Origin: Nemertoderma westbladi
Lineage: Eukaryota; Animalia; Xenacoelomorpha
DNA length: 60,459 nt
Reading direction: 5' to 3'
Assembly: GCA_032718475.1 (NCBI GenBank)
Contig: JAUCBJ010006862.1
Span: forward strand, 1-60,459
Shown here: piece after piece, positions 49,623 through 60,459 of the stretch
Position numbering within the stretch: position 1 is the stretch's first letter
Layout: each line of letters starts with the position of its first letter
Program-made: the position numbers and the translations under genes
The notes under the pieces: generated by a model
Told to the model about the DNA's origin: nothing
The model's database searches: none
Seen by the model: only the letters and a program-made list of their open reading frames with translations

Positions 49623-50985
49623 GTTTATTGTTTTGGTTAGAAAATCCCGCCTCTGTAACATGCTCCTTTCCCTGATTTGGTAAAGTGACCGTTTATTGTT
49701 TTGGTTAGAAAGGCCCGCCTCTGTAACCTGCTCCTTTCCTTCCTTTGGTAAAGTGACTGTTTATTGTTTTGGTTAGAAAATCCCGCCTCTGTAACCCGCT
49801 CCTTTCCCTCAATTAGTTAAATGATCGTTTATTGCTTTGGTTAGAAAATCCCGCCTCTGTAACCTGCTCCTTTCCCTGATTTGGTAAAGTGACCCTTTAT
49901 TGTTTTTTTTAGAAAGGCCCGCCTCTGTAACCTGCTCCTTTCCTTCATTTGGTAAAGTGACTGTTTATTGTTTTGGTTAGAAAATCGCGCCTCTGTAACC
50001 CGCTCCTTTCCCTCAATTAGTTAAATGATCGTTTATTGTTTTGGTTAGAAAATCCCGCCTCTGTAACCTGCTCCTTACCCTGATTTGGTAAAGTGACCGT
50101 TTATTGTTTTGGTTAGAAAATCCCGCCTCTGTAACCCGCCCCTTTCCCTCAATAAGTTAAATGATCGTTTATTGTTTTGGTTAGAAAATCCCGCCTCTGT
50201 AACCTGCTCCTTTCCCTCAATTAGTTACGTGATCGTTTATTGTTTTGGTTAGAAAATCCCGCCTCTGTAACCTGCTCCTTTCCCTGATTTGGTAAAGTGA
50301 TCGTTTATTGTTTTGGTTAAAAAAGCCCGCCTCTTTAACCTGCCCCTTTCCCTCAATTGGTGATGTTATCGTTTATTGTTTTGGTTAGAAAAGACCATCT
50401 ATGTAACCTGCTCTTTTCCTTCATTTGGTAAAGTGATTGTTTATTGTTTTGGTTAGAAAATCCCGCCTCTGTTACCCGCCCCATTCCCTCAATTAGTTAA
50501 ATGATCGTTTATTGTTTTGGTTAGAAAATCCCGCCTCTGTAACCTGCTCCTTTCCCTCAATTAGTTAAGTGATCGTTTATTGTTTTGGTTAGAAAATCCC
50601 GCCTCTGTAAACCGCTCCTTTCCCTGATTTGGTAAAGTGATCGTTTATTGTATTGGTTAGAAAAGCCCGCCTATTGAACCTGCTCCTTTCCCTCAATTGG
50701 TAATGTTATCGTTTATTGTTTTGGTTAGAAAAGACCATCTATGTAACCTGCTCCTTTCCTTCATTTGGTAAAGTGATTGTTTATTGTTTTGGTTAGAAAA
50801 TCCCGCCTCTGTAACGCTCCTTTTCCCTGATTTGGTAAAGTGACCCTTTATTGTTTTGGTTGGAAAGTCCAGCCTCTGTAACCTGCTCCTTTTCCTTCAT
50901 TTGGTAAAGTGACTGTTTATTGTTTTGGTTAGAAAATCCTGTCTCTCTAACCTGCTCCTTTCCATCAATTGGTAATTGTTTTTGG
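49623..50985. repeat. 68-bp tandem repeat, about 20 copies
   Basis: Unit GTTTATTGTTTTGGTTAGAAAATCCCGCCTCTGTAACCTGCTCCTTTCCCTGATTTGGTAAAGTGACC at 49623, 49691 etc. Confidence 0.97.
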
Positions 50986-52464
50986 CTATAAAATGAGTGT
51001 TTTGCTACGTCATGTGGTAATCAATTATCGACAACAACCACAACCTATTAAATTTAGAAGAGTCTTTAGAGAATTTAAAAGAGTCTTTTACCACAGGCGC
51101 ATATGGAAATCTATCCCATAGTCTATAAATCATGCAATTGTGAATGTTTTGGCACAGGCATAGTGAAACCAACTGTCCGACAGACCAGAAATCAACAAAT
51201 TTTAAATGTTTAGGCATAGGCATGTTGAAATCAACTGTCTAATAGTCCAGAAATCAGCAGTCTGACAGTTTGAAGAAATACATACATAAAAAGTCATTAA
51301 AGGACAACAAAAGTCATTAAAGGGACAACAAAAGTCATTATGCACAATTCGTAAAAAAAGGAGGACAAAAAAGTCAAATAAAAGGACATAAAAAATCACT
51401 GCCTTCATAATTTATGGAGGCTGAACTGTTCAGTATAATTTCTTATCATTTTTACAGCCGAAATACGGTCTAACAACGATTTCCTATTGTTAATGGAGTA
51501 CGCTATGGACTGCCTTAGTTGGAAAATGACACAAGCTGGTTCTTGGAGTAGAGTTTAATTGCTGAATCGCTCTCGCCAGTAAGCGGGGAATTTGAATTTC
51601 ACTTGTTCCAGTTTCGGCTTTAGAGGCCTACCAGCCTACTATCAGACTATACAGATTAACGCCAGTTTACGCTATTCATAATGTTTATTACCAGTCAGCC
51701 AGTAGAGGCTGATATTATACTGCTAATTAATTATATGGCAGAAATTGTTACCAGTGCTTACTTGCGATACTTGTAATATTTCTTTCTTACAATTTAAATA
51801 CAGTAGGCCCTGGCATAAAAGGAATGTACATATCAAAAGGTATGGCCACGAAGCCACCACATCAGGGCGAACGAAAACTAACACATCTATGTATTGTGTC
51901 TGTGTGTTATGCGGAACATGGCTGTGCAAATATTTCGACAATGAAAATAGTAAAAATTCAAAAGTAAACATTCAACAGTATAGATCTCTAATGATTCGGC
52001 TATCAATTATCACCTAATCACTTGTAGAAAACGATGAAGATGATTGATTTGAGAATGAGAGATGGTGGAACTAGGGATATAGTACAGTAGAATAGTTTTA
52101 GCTTAGTTTAAACTCGGATATGCGACACCCGATTAAAACGTTTACAACTTTTTTGTAAAAACAATGTTTAGTGTAAATAATATATGTAATATTCGATAAG
52201 ACTCTGGTTAAGAAAATTACATTTAAATGCATAGGATGATTAATTTAACACCATACACCCTACCTCAGCAATTAAATCTACTCCATGAACCCGCTTCTGG
52301 AAATGACTCCACTAAATCCAGTATTGTGCTTTTAGAGGCTCACGGCAGCAGATCACGGGTGTTAAATTACATGCCGGTAATACTACTCTACTATAGTCTA
52401 CACACAAATTTGTTTCAGAATATACAGGAAAAATCTTGGTGTGATCTTAGATGCATTTCTTAAA

Positions 52465-52720
52465 TTAGTTAAAGACATTAAGATACTGTAATCTCGGATT
52501 ATTCCGCAAAATGTGCACTTGGTGCCATAATATCACATCAAGGTCTGTACTGTAGGCGGGTTCGCGGATTTTATTATAGCACTTATACAAACTTGTTCAA
52601 TTCTTGTGTATGTCATCCTTTTTTCGATTATGCGTCCCCGGTGTTTGGGGGTACTGTAGCGGCGCTTACAATATTGATTGACAGTGTACAACGTAAAGTT
52701 ATGCGCTTATCTTAACGTAC
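52465..52720 (+). mobile_element. Decayed CR1/L2-type LINE fragment
   Basis: Reads approximately LFNSCV..FDYASPVFG...IDSVQRKVMR. Confidence 0.5.
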
Positions 52721-53299
52721 AGTACATCGTTAAGATGGGTAATTTTCCCTCTTGCAAGTGAGATGGGCCGTTTACTGTACACGGTACGGCTCTGTCCCTC
52801 GTCTGACAGAACCTACCCTGTCTGCTGGTCTACCGATATCAAGGACGAACACCACTTCACATGCATTTGTCCTGTGCTGAAGCGAAACGCCGAAAAGTTG
52901 AAATTAACAATAACCTATCGCAGATACCTGGATACTCCTACAGAAAACGTTTTTATATTCTCTCAATTAATCACCATTAACTATGTTGTCGGTCATTGTG
53001 CAGTTGTTAATGTTATCTAATATTGTTATGTATACCGGTATAGTAAGTCGAAAACGGCTGGCAGTTGGAGAGGGGGGGGGGGGGGGGGGGGTGGGGTGGG
53101 GTGTGGGGGTATGAACGATACCCAATTCAATTAATTTCACATCTTTATAATGATTATCAAGATGTTGATTCTCAATTAAATTGGGTTTTCTACAATATTC
53201 CTAACTCTCGTTTGTTGTTTTTGTTCCTTTCAACCCGCATCTGTAACCTGCGCTTACTATCCTGCTTACACAAGTAGCTGAGGTGTAATGTAAGCCTAT

Positions 53300-54662
53300 C
53301 GTTTACACCCACTGGCAAATATTGTGAAAATGTTTGGCACCATACTGCCATAGCAGCATAGGCAGATCTGCATCTGGAAAAAACATATCTTCCTCTATTT
53401 CACGGAAAGTTGGTTTTCCCCAAGGGGGTCCTCTTAGTGGACCTTTGTTTAACAAAGACACTGATGAAATTCGAGCTGACGATGGATCCCTAGCAAAATA
53501 TTCTGATGACTCAAGAAATCTACAGGCGATAAGGCATTCCGCAGAAAATGATAAATATAAGTCTAACATCCAGCGAATTGTTGAGCTATAACATGGAAAA
53601 AACTTAAAGATAAACGCAAAGAAATCTGAAGAACTATGTTTCATTCCAATGAACTTTAAAGAACAGAATGTTCTAGATATCGCAAAAGAAATAATCCACA
53701 TAGATGGTGACGAGGTTCCGCTTCCGTCCGAAGTGAAAAATCTTGGAATATGGATTGCAAATAATCTATCATGGAAAACTCATATATTTAAACTTATAAA
53801 AAGGGTAAATTACATAGTTCGCCAATTCAGTTTTTCATCCGGTTTGCAAATAAAGATACAAAAATATTTCTCTTTGAAACTTACATTGTACCACAATATA
53901 TGTACTGTGCGGTTGCGTGGGTCCCCCTCATTCCAAAGAATCTCAAAAAGAAGTTAAAGAGGCCACTGTCGCTGTTTGCCAAACACTCTAAAATTGAAAA
54001 ACAAGTTTACATGAACATTATAAACGATGCGTTTTCCAAACAGTTCACCAACATGGTAAAGAAGATTGTAGACACGCCGAGTCATCCTCTACACGCTTTC
54101 ATTATTGGTTGCCGATCAAACTCCACCGCAACTCGCAATAATTACAGAATGCCTGATACACGGACCAAGATGTTTCATAACTCTTTCGCTCCAAGTACTA
54201 TTAGATATCTAATAAACAATGAGATACCGATTTTCATGCAATGATATTTTATTTATGTATAGTTTTATCTACAATTCTTAAATATTGGCACGTTATATTT
54301 AATTTAATTTTATTTTATTTATCTAGTTTGTAGGCTTATCGTTCAATTGTCAACGTATTTTCAATTTTTATTTATTTATTTATTATTTTACTTAGCCTGA
54401 TTTTAATTTTTATTAAGTTGCTAATCTCAGCTAACAAGTGATGACATATACGGTTTAAAGTTTTATTTATTTTTACTGGAATTATTCAATTTTTAGCTAC
54501 GGGGGGGGGGGATTTTATCATACTTTTTAAAGTAATTTTAACGTATTATTTCTGTAATTATAAAGTTTTATGTAATCTGTGTTTGTGATTAACGGTAATT
54601 TTCCTATTTACATTCCTCCATTATGTACAGGAAATTAAACGAATTATTCATTCATTCATTCA
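53300..54662 (+). mobile_element. 5'-truncated L2/CR1-group LINE with (ATTC)n tail
   Basis: GFPQGGPLSGPLF, KYSDD, VKNLGIWIANNLSWKTHI, PSHPLH, RTKMFHNSFAPSTI in broken frames; ends ATTCATTCATTCATTCA. Confidence 0.85.
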
Positions 54663-54839
54663 CATAGGGCATAGGCGAGACCTCACCCGTCTGCCCGTAG
54701 GCCTATAACAGTATTACTTCAATCAGTTCTGCAGTCAGTACCGCTGTACCGGTACCCAGTACCGGTCTAGCCGGTAGTTTTTGTCATTAAAACCAGTCTT
54801 GATTGATGTGCTTGTTTAGTTGTTGTTCGTTATGCTGTT

Positions 54840-55144
54840 ATGTCTGAATTACTTATCACTTTGGTAAACGCAAGAAGTTTACCAATGCCATGTGTTGGTT
54901 TGGGAACCTACTGCATAAAGGGGGCTGATATAGCTAACCCAATACGGGACTCATTAAACGCCGGTTACAGACTCATTGACACCGCCGAAGGCTATAAAAA
55001 CGAATCGGAAATAGGAGCGGCATTGAAGGCCAACTACAAGCATCTCGGGTTGCAGCGTAAGGATCTGTTTATAACGAGTAAATTAGGTCCGAGTAACCAG
55101 GGATATATATCTGCTATACAATCCTATACGGAATCAGTTAGAAG
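54840..55144 (+). CDS. Aldo-keto reductase, exon 1 (3' boundary ambiguous)
   Basis: MPCVGLGTY, GYRLIDTAEGYKNESEIG, LFITSKL; catalytic D, Y and K present. Confidence 0.9.
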
Positions 55145-55576
55145 GCAATAAGCTGATAAGCGGATTTATGCACACTGGTTGATATTCCGATATTATAGAA
55201 CTAGCAGACTAGGCCTACCGGTAATCACGGTAATCGGGTACTGCTACTGGTATTAGCGGTGCTTGGGCTGTTGGGGGCCAGTCTCCAAACTGCCAAAGGA
55301 CCTCCTGACTACTGGGTCACTGGCCCTGGCCCAAACATAATGCCAACAACAACAACCAAACAGCCACAGTAAGCCTACCAATCACAATCATCAAATAATA
55401 TAGTTTATAAATAAATTAAATATAACAACTTTTATTATTTGTTAATTATAATAACAAATATTATAATACACTAGTTACTTACAGTATTAGTTTTAACTAG
55501 CATACACACGGAAACCTAACATTGAATGAATATCTAAACTTCAGATCAGTGTGCATAAAACCGCGTTGAACCGTAG

Positions 55577-56138
55577 GTTAGATTGTGAGTACCTGGATTT
55601 ATACTTGATACACTGGCCAGGCCAGTCTGGAGTAAAGTCTGGCGACCGACGGAACATAAACCCACGTAGGGAATCATGGAAAGCACTGGAAGAACTTTAT
55701 AAAACCGGGAGAGTCAAATCGATTGGAGTTTCCAATTACCTTATTCCTCATCTTACTGAGCTACTCGCTGAATGTGTCGTGAAACCGGCGGTAAACCAGG
55801 TGGAATACCATCCCTACCTAGTCCTCGACGAACTCAAGGATTACTGCAATAACAACGGTATTCACTTACAGAGTTACTCATCTTTAGGAAGAGGCGCACT
55901 ACTTACAGACACTCTGGTCTGTGAACTAGCAACCAAATACTCTAAGAGCCCCTCTCAGATTCTCCTGAGATGGTGTTTGCAGAAGGGCGTATCGGTTATA
56001 CCCAAATCCTCCCACAAGGAACACATCATCTCCAACTATAATCTGTTTAGTTTCTGTCTAACAGACAGCGATATACACCGTTTAGACGGACTAAATAAAT
56101 ACCAACGGTTTTGCTGGGATCCTTCCACTGTTATTTAA
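55577..56138 (+). CDS. Aldo-keto reductase, exon 2
   Basis: LDCEYLDLYLIHWP, KSIGVSNY, PAVNQVEYHPY, QILLRW..Q....IPKS. Confidence 0.9.
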
Positions 56139-56573
56139 TCATTTCCGATTAACATTAAGTATCGATGTTATATAATCGAACTCCTACAGTTCTGTTTGCA
56201 CTGCCACAGCAGCGAGATCAGTTACCATTCAGAGATTATTAAATATTATTGCGATTTCTGTAAGGAGTAAATTAATACAAGGATTCATTTGCGTATTTAA
56301 TGCGATAATCTTTATCGAACACAGTACAGGTTCCGTATTATTTGTTAATTATTTTTATATTAATAATGCGATTTTTTTAAATATAACCCATGGTCGGAGA
56401 ATTCGTAAACATTTAACTGTGTGTCATTCTATTATTACATATTAATATAATGCAATAAAATAATAAAATACAGCGTCATCGAGTTCTAAAAGTTACGTAT
56501 TTTATCGTTATAAAACATACAACTACGATTTAGCCGCAGGTATTACTGCCGATGAAAGATAAAGTTTGTCCCG

Positions 56574-56930
56574 ATGTCGTTAACTAAACTGATAGTCCCA
56601 AGCGTAGTCTTTTTCGGAGGATTATCGGGTCTCTACTACTTTGTACATCAACAGAACACCGATGACGGGCTTGCTAAGAAACTTGAGCGTATGGAACGGA
56701 AGGGGGGTAAACAAGCGGCGGATATCCGACAAATGCGATGGCAAAGGGAGCAGTCGGAAGAACTGGAACGGATTGGGATGAAGCAAGACTTGACAGACCA
56801 GGATCGGAAAAGTATTCTTATAATGGATAAACTTAAAAATGAGATGAATCCCGATGTACCTATATGGCTTAGAACCAAAGATGGTACAAGTATACACGAT
56901 GGGAGCAACAGTAGATGCTCCATAATGTAA
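56574..56930 (+). CDS. Small single-pass membrane protein, possibly PET117-like
   Basis: 118 aa; N-terminal TM ending VHQQ..D then a charged helical region; family match is weak and from memory. Confidence 0.5.
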   Translation: MSLTKLIVPSVVFFGGLSGLYYFVHQQNTDDGLAKKLERMERKGGKQAADIRQMRWQREQSEELERIGMKQDLTDQDRKSILIMDKLKNEMNPDVPIWLRTKDGTSIHDGSNSRCSIM

Positions 56931-58252
56931 GATACTCAATAACTATTATTTAATTGTTCAGTTTTCTATAACATTAATTATGTTAAAATGAAATCCAACT
57001 ATAATAATGTAAATATTATATCGATTAGTCCAAATGGATTTCTCCTTTTGTTAAATGAGGATTAAAAATATTACAATAAATTAAATAGCAAAGAAACGTT
57101 CTAGGACACGGGGGGGGGGGGGGGGGTGGGACTATCGCATATCCAGTGCCAATCTATTTAATATCTCGTCTCAACCAATTATCAATTAAGGGAAAAGAGC
57201 AGGTTATAGTGGCGTGATATTGTAACCGAAGCAATAAACGAGTGTTAATAACACGTAATATTGCTTCTGCGTCAATTTTACATGGTGAGGGATCAATTTT
57301 AATAATTGAATAGATATAAAGGTAGATGAGAGGCGTATAATATTGTAGTAATAATTTATGGAGGAAGAGGTTTAAACACTAAGTGTATTTTTCAATTTTA
57401 CTTTTGGATACGTTTGGTCCCAAATGAACCCTTTTTAGTTCATTTGGGAGTCGGACGCACGACTGGTTTCCAAAATGGTGAGGCCTACGATTGTTTTTAG
57501 TGGATTTTGACCAAAATATATAGCCATTTCACAATAAAAAAACCTTAAAATTCTTAGAAATTGGGGTCTGCCTTTTATGGAGAAATTGTTAAAAAAACGA
57601 TAATTGTTCAATACTCCATTCTGAAGCTTTGTTCCTTAAAAGAAATATCTGTGGAAAATGTAAGGAAATATGAAACAGGGATAATCAAATTTAATTCTCG
57701 TCAATACATCACAAAACAACAACTAGGCCTCAATTACTAAATTAAATTAATTGTGTAATTATTGACGATGGATGACAGCTGATAGCTAAGCTAGTAGACG
57801 ATCTCCTGTAACCTATTAAAACGCTATCAACCATAGAAGTTTAAAATTTCATTTATAAAAATAGCCTTTTTCGGTCAAATCGCAATTTAGTCTCACTTGC
57901 AAATAGAACCATCGAAGACCTGTATCGCTGTATTATTTAAAGTGCAACTTTGCATTTTAATATTAATTCATTCATGTAACATTTATCAATACATAAATAA
58001 AATACTTAACATAATTAAATAAATAGAAACACAAAAATATACATCATATAAAAAAACCTAAAAATGTATATATTTACAAAACACGGCAAGGTTGCGAGAT
58101 AACAAAAAAAACAAATATACTGTAGTAAAAACAAAATAATTATAAAAATATTGCAAAAAAATAAAATTTCAGGGATATATTTATTTCTGCGAAATTTGGT
58201 GAAAGAAATTAAAAAGTAATTTGTATTTGTCACAATATTTAACAATCTCTAA

Positions 58253-59839
58253 TTAGTCTGTAAATAGCAAACCTTGACTAGGTGTATAGCTAGGGTTACT
58301 AGGGTCCCTCGTTGCTATGGACATTAGGTAAGTACGCAATATGACGTCATCCTTGAACTCTGGAATACCATCAATAATGTTGACAGCTTCCACGGCACTC
58401 ATAGTGTAGTTAAATCTATACGGAGCAAGTACAAAATCAACAGACACTGATCCTTCGGAAACTCCTGTCTGCGAGAAAAGCGATGGTAAATGCATTCTAT
58501 TCGGCAGTGGAAGAACGGCCGTCAAAGAAGTTGGCCGGTTCGGAACCCTAAACCTCAGGCGCTGGGCCTCGTGCATTCCATAGAATGTCAATAACTCCTG
58601 GCCCGCAAATATATCCCGGATAACCATCATATAGACCTTGGATTGTTTAATCAACACCGTCACCAAGTTTTGATCCTGCTGGAAATTCGCGGAATTAATA
58701 AACTGTGGCCAAGTAGAGAAACGAGAGTCGTCGCCACGAAAGAGCGCCTGGGTGCCGTTCCGTAAGGTGAGTTTAACGACGTAGACACCGTCGGCTGATA
58801 ACATGTTGAACGGGACGAGCTGACCACAACCCCTGAACACGGTACCCACAGGTAAGAAAGACAGGGCGAAAACCCCTAAACCAGCTCCTGGGATAGTCGA
58901 TTGCTTTAATTCGACGCTAGGTGGCATCGAGAGAACCATTCTATTGATCATTCCTGGTATGGTAGCTACATTACGCAATACTTTTAGTTGCGTTATATTC
59001 AATGGAGTTAGAAGTCTTTTAACACTAATGTATCGCTGTATGTACAATGCTGGTTTGGTTAACCTAGGCGATGCTTCTAACGTCTTAGTGATCAACTCAT
59101 ATCGATCAGAAAAACAATCGTCTGTTCTGTTTTTGGAACGGTTATCTTTCTCGCAGTTTCCTGTTACCGCATGAATTTGATCCAATGGAATACGGACTGT
59201 CAAAGGGGTACTTTTCGGGGAGGGTAAAATAAAGTACGGCCTTTCGGTAGTGTAACCCATACCGTACCAGGTAAGTAGCTCCTCGCCGCGGGATATATTA
59301 CGCGCTGAAAAGTAGTAAATATGTTCCTTGTATCCCGTTCCCAACATATTCTGTTCCTGTAGGTAGTTAGCGGCGTTCACATAGCGCGCCCAATTAGAAT
59401 TGGCCGACTCCTCAGCATAGAGTATTACATGGCTAGAACTATTGTCTAACTTTTTTATTTTCCAACTGTATGTATCGTTTAACGAATCAGACTTGTTGGT
59501 TGTTAGAAATATTCCTCCGTATTCTACGACGGTGTACGCAGGAATATCGCGTACTGCGAACGCTCCAAGACCGGCGCCAGGCAGACGGGATGCTCGCAAC
59601 TCAATCCAGCCGCTAGGGGGCGTTAATTTGGATCGGTTCGGTGTCCCCATGGCAACATCCGCGTCGGGTAGAAAGGAAAACGGGCCCAATATGGGATCTG
59701 AGTCAGGGTCTGCCGTCGAAGAAGGACTACCCAGAAAATCCTCGATTCTAGAATAAATCTGACTGGCTATTTTTGAGTCGTAAACGATAACCAGCAATGC
59801 AATTATTGATATGATAATAGCGATACCCGTACGGCCCAT
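58253..59839 (-). CDS. Signal-anchored protein with two PR/SET (PRDM-type) domains, no zinc fingers, single exon
   Basis: MGRT + GIAIIISIIALLVIVY; domain 1 SRLPGAGLGAFA...SNWARYVNAA..EQN..ELLTWYG; domain 2 STIPGAGLGVFA...STWPQFINSA..DQN..ELLTFYG. Confidence 0.88.
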   Translation of the reverse strand: MGRTGIAIIISIIALLVIVYDSKIASQIYSRIEDFLGSPSSTADPDSDPILGPFSFLPDADVAMGTPNRSKLTPPSGWIELRASRLPGAGLGAFAVRDIPAYTVVEYGGIFLTTNKSDSLNDTYSWKIKKLDNSSSHVILYAEESANSNWARYVNAANYLQEQNMLGTGYKEHIYYFSARNISRGEELLTWYGMGYTTERPYFILPSPKSTPLTVRIPLDQIHAVTGNCEKDNRSKNRTDDCFSDRYELITKTLEASPRLTKPALYIQRYISVKRLLTPLNITQLKVLRNVATIPGMINRMVLSMPPSVELKQSTIPGAGLGVFALSFLPVGTVFRGCGQLVPFNMLSADGVYVVKLTLRNGTQALFRGDDSRFSTWPQFINSANFQQDQNLVTVLIKQSKVYMMVIRDIFAGQELLTFYGMHEAQRLRFRVPNRPTSLTAVLPLPNRMHLPSLFSQTGVSEGSVSVDFVLAPYRFNYTMSAVEAVNIIDGIPEFKDDVILRTYLMSIATRDPSNPSYTPSQGLLFTD

Positions 59840-60459
59840 GATTATTAAGTCACATTAATAAATTATAAAATTAAATTTCCTATAAAATGAATTCCAAAAA
59901 CTAAATTAACGAGGCTGTAAACATAAATTTACAAGCAATTATTATTTAATTGGTGGTGAAGTTAAGTGTCACTTTATGTAACATCGTAACGAACGTACCA
60001 CGAGTAATGGAATAATATAAATTGTGTTCCACGCAATTGAGAACTTAAATTCATAAATTTGTCAAAAATTGAAATATTAAAAAAAATAAACTGTTACTTG
60101 AAAGTCACAATAAACTGGGAGAGTTTGGACATATTTGATAACCCTTGATACAGGATACCTGCTTTTTGTAAGATTTACTGGGCGTGTATTTAGTATTTAC
60201 CATAAAATTGCAGTAAAATGGATTCCAACAAAATATTCCAACATCATTATTGGATACCATATAAAGGTTTCAGTCGCAGACAAAACAAATACCTACCGAG
60301 ATAACCTTTTGGAGTTGAGACCATAACACTAGATCATTTAATTATTTATCTTTCACACAAGTTTACCAATTTAGCGGTTCAATTTAAAAACTAATTCGGT
60401 TAATTATTCAATTTACTCAATTTAGGTACTGAGAATAATTAATTATACAGTAGTAGTTC

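Noticed and set aside
51723-51971. Possible minus-strand exon bounded by TTGCACAG and GTAAGC
   Set aside because: No recognisable protein similarity and no partner exons identified.

Overview
Eukaryotic (invertebrate animal-like), AT-rich genomic DNA. The left half holds three internal exons of a minus-strand PAQR3-like gene (29747-29585, 3657-3505, 2878-2702). Its 25.9-kb intron is mostly a ~590-copy 32-33-bp tandem array whose unit is the gene's own splice acceptor plus the first 12 nt of the next exon (TTTTGTATTTACAG|GTTTGTATGATA). An ORF-intact, 5'-truncated RLE-type (CRE-like) non-LTR retrotransposon sits inside the array, with a target-site duplication confirmed by an empty paralogous site. 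The next acceptor of the same gene is also tandemly duplicated (66 bp). The right half has mostly single-exon genes: ATAT1 with a 24x NP[H/Y]SQQS tract, a divergent GRB2-like adaptor, an MGAT4/GT54-like protein lacking the EDD motif, a tightly packed MRPL36-MAD2L1BP-C1D trio (101- and 49-bp spacers), an aldo-keto reductase, a possible PET117-like protein, and an unusual signal-anchored protein with two PR/SET domains. RTE and L2/CR1 LINE relics, MITEs and minisatellites are interspersed. Gene calls rest on remembered family motifs; no database search was run.
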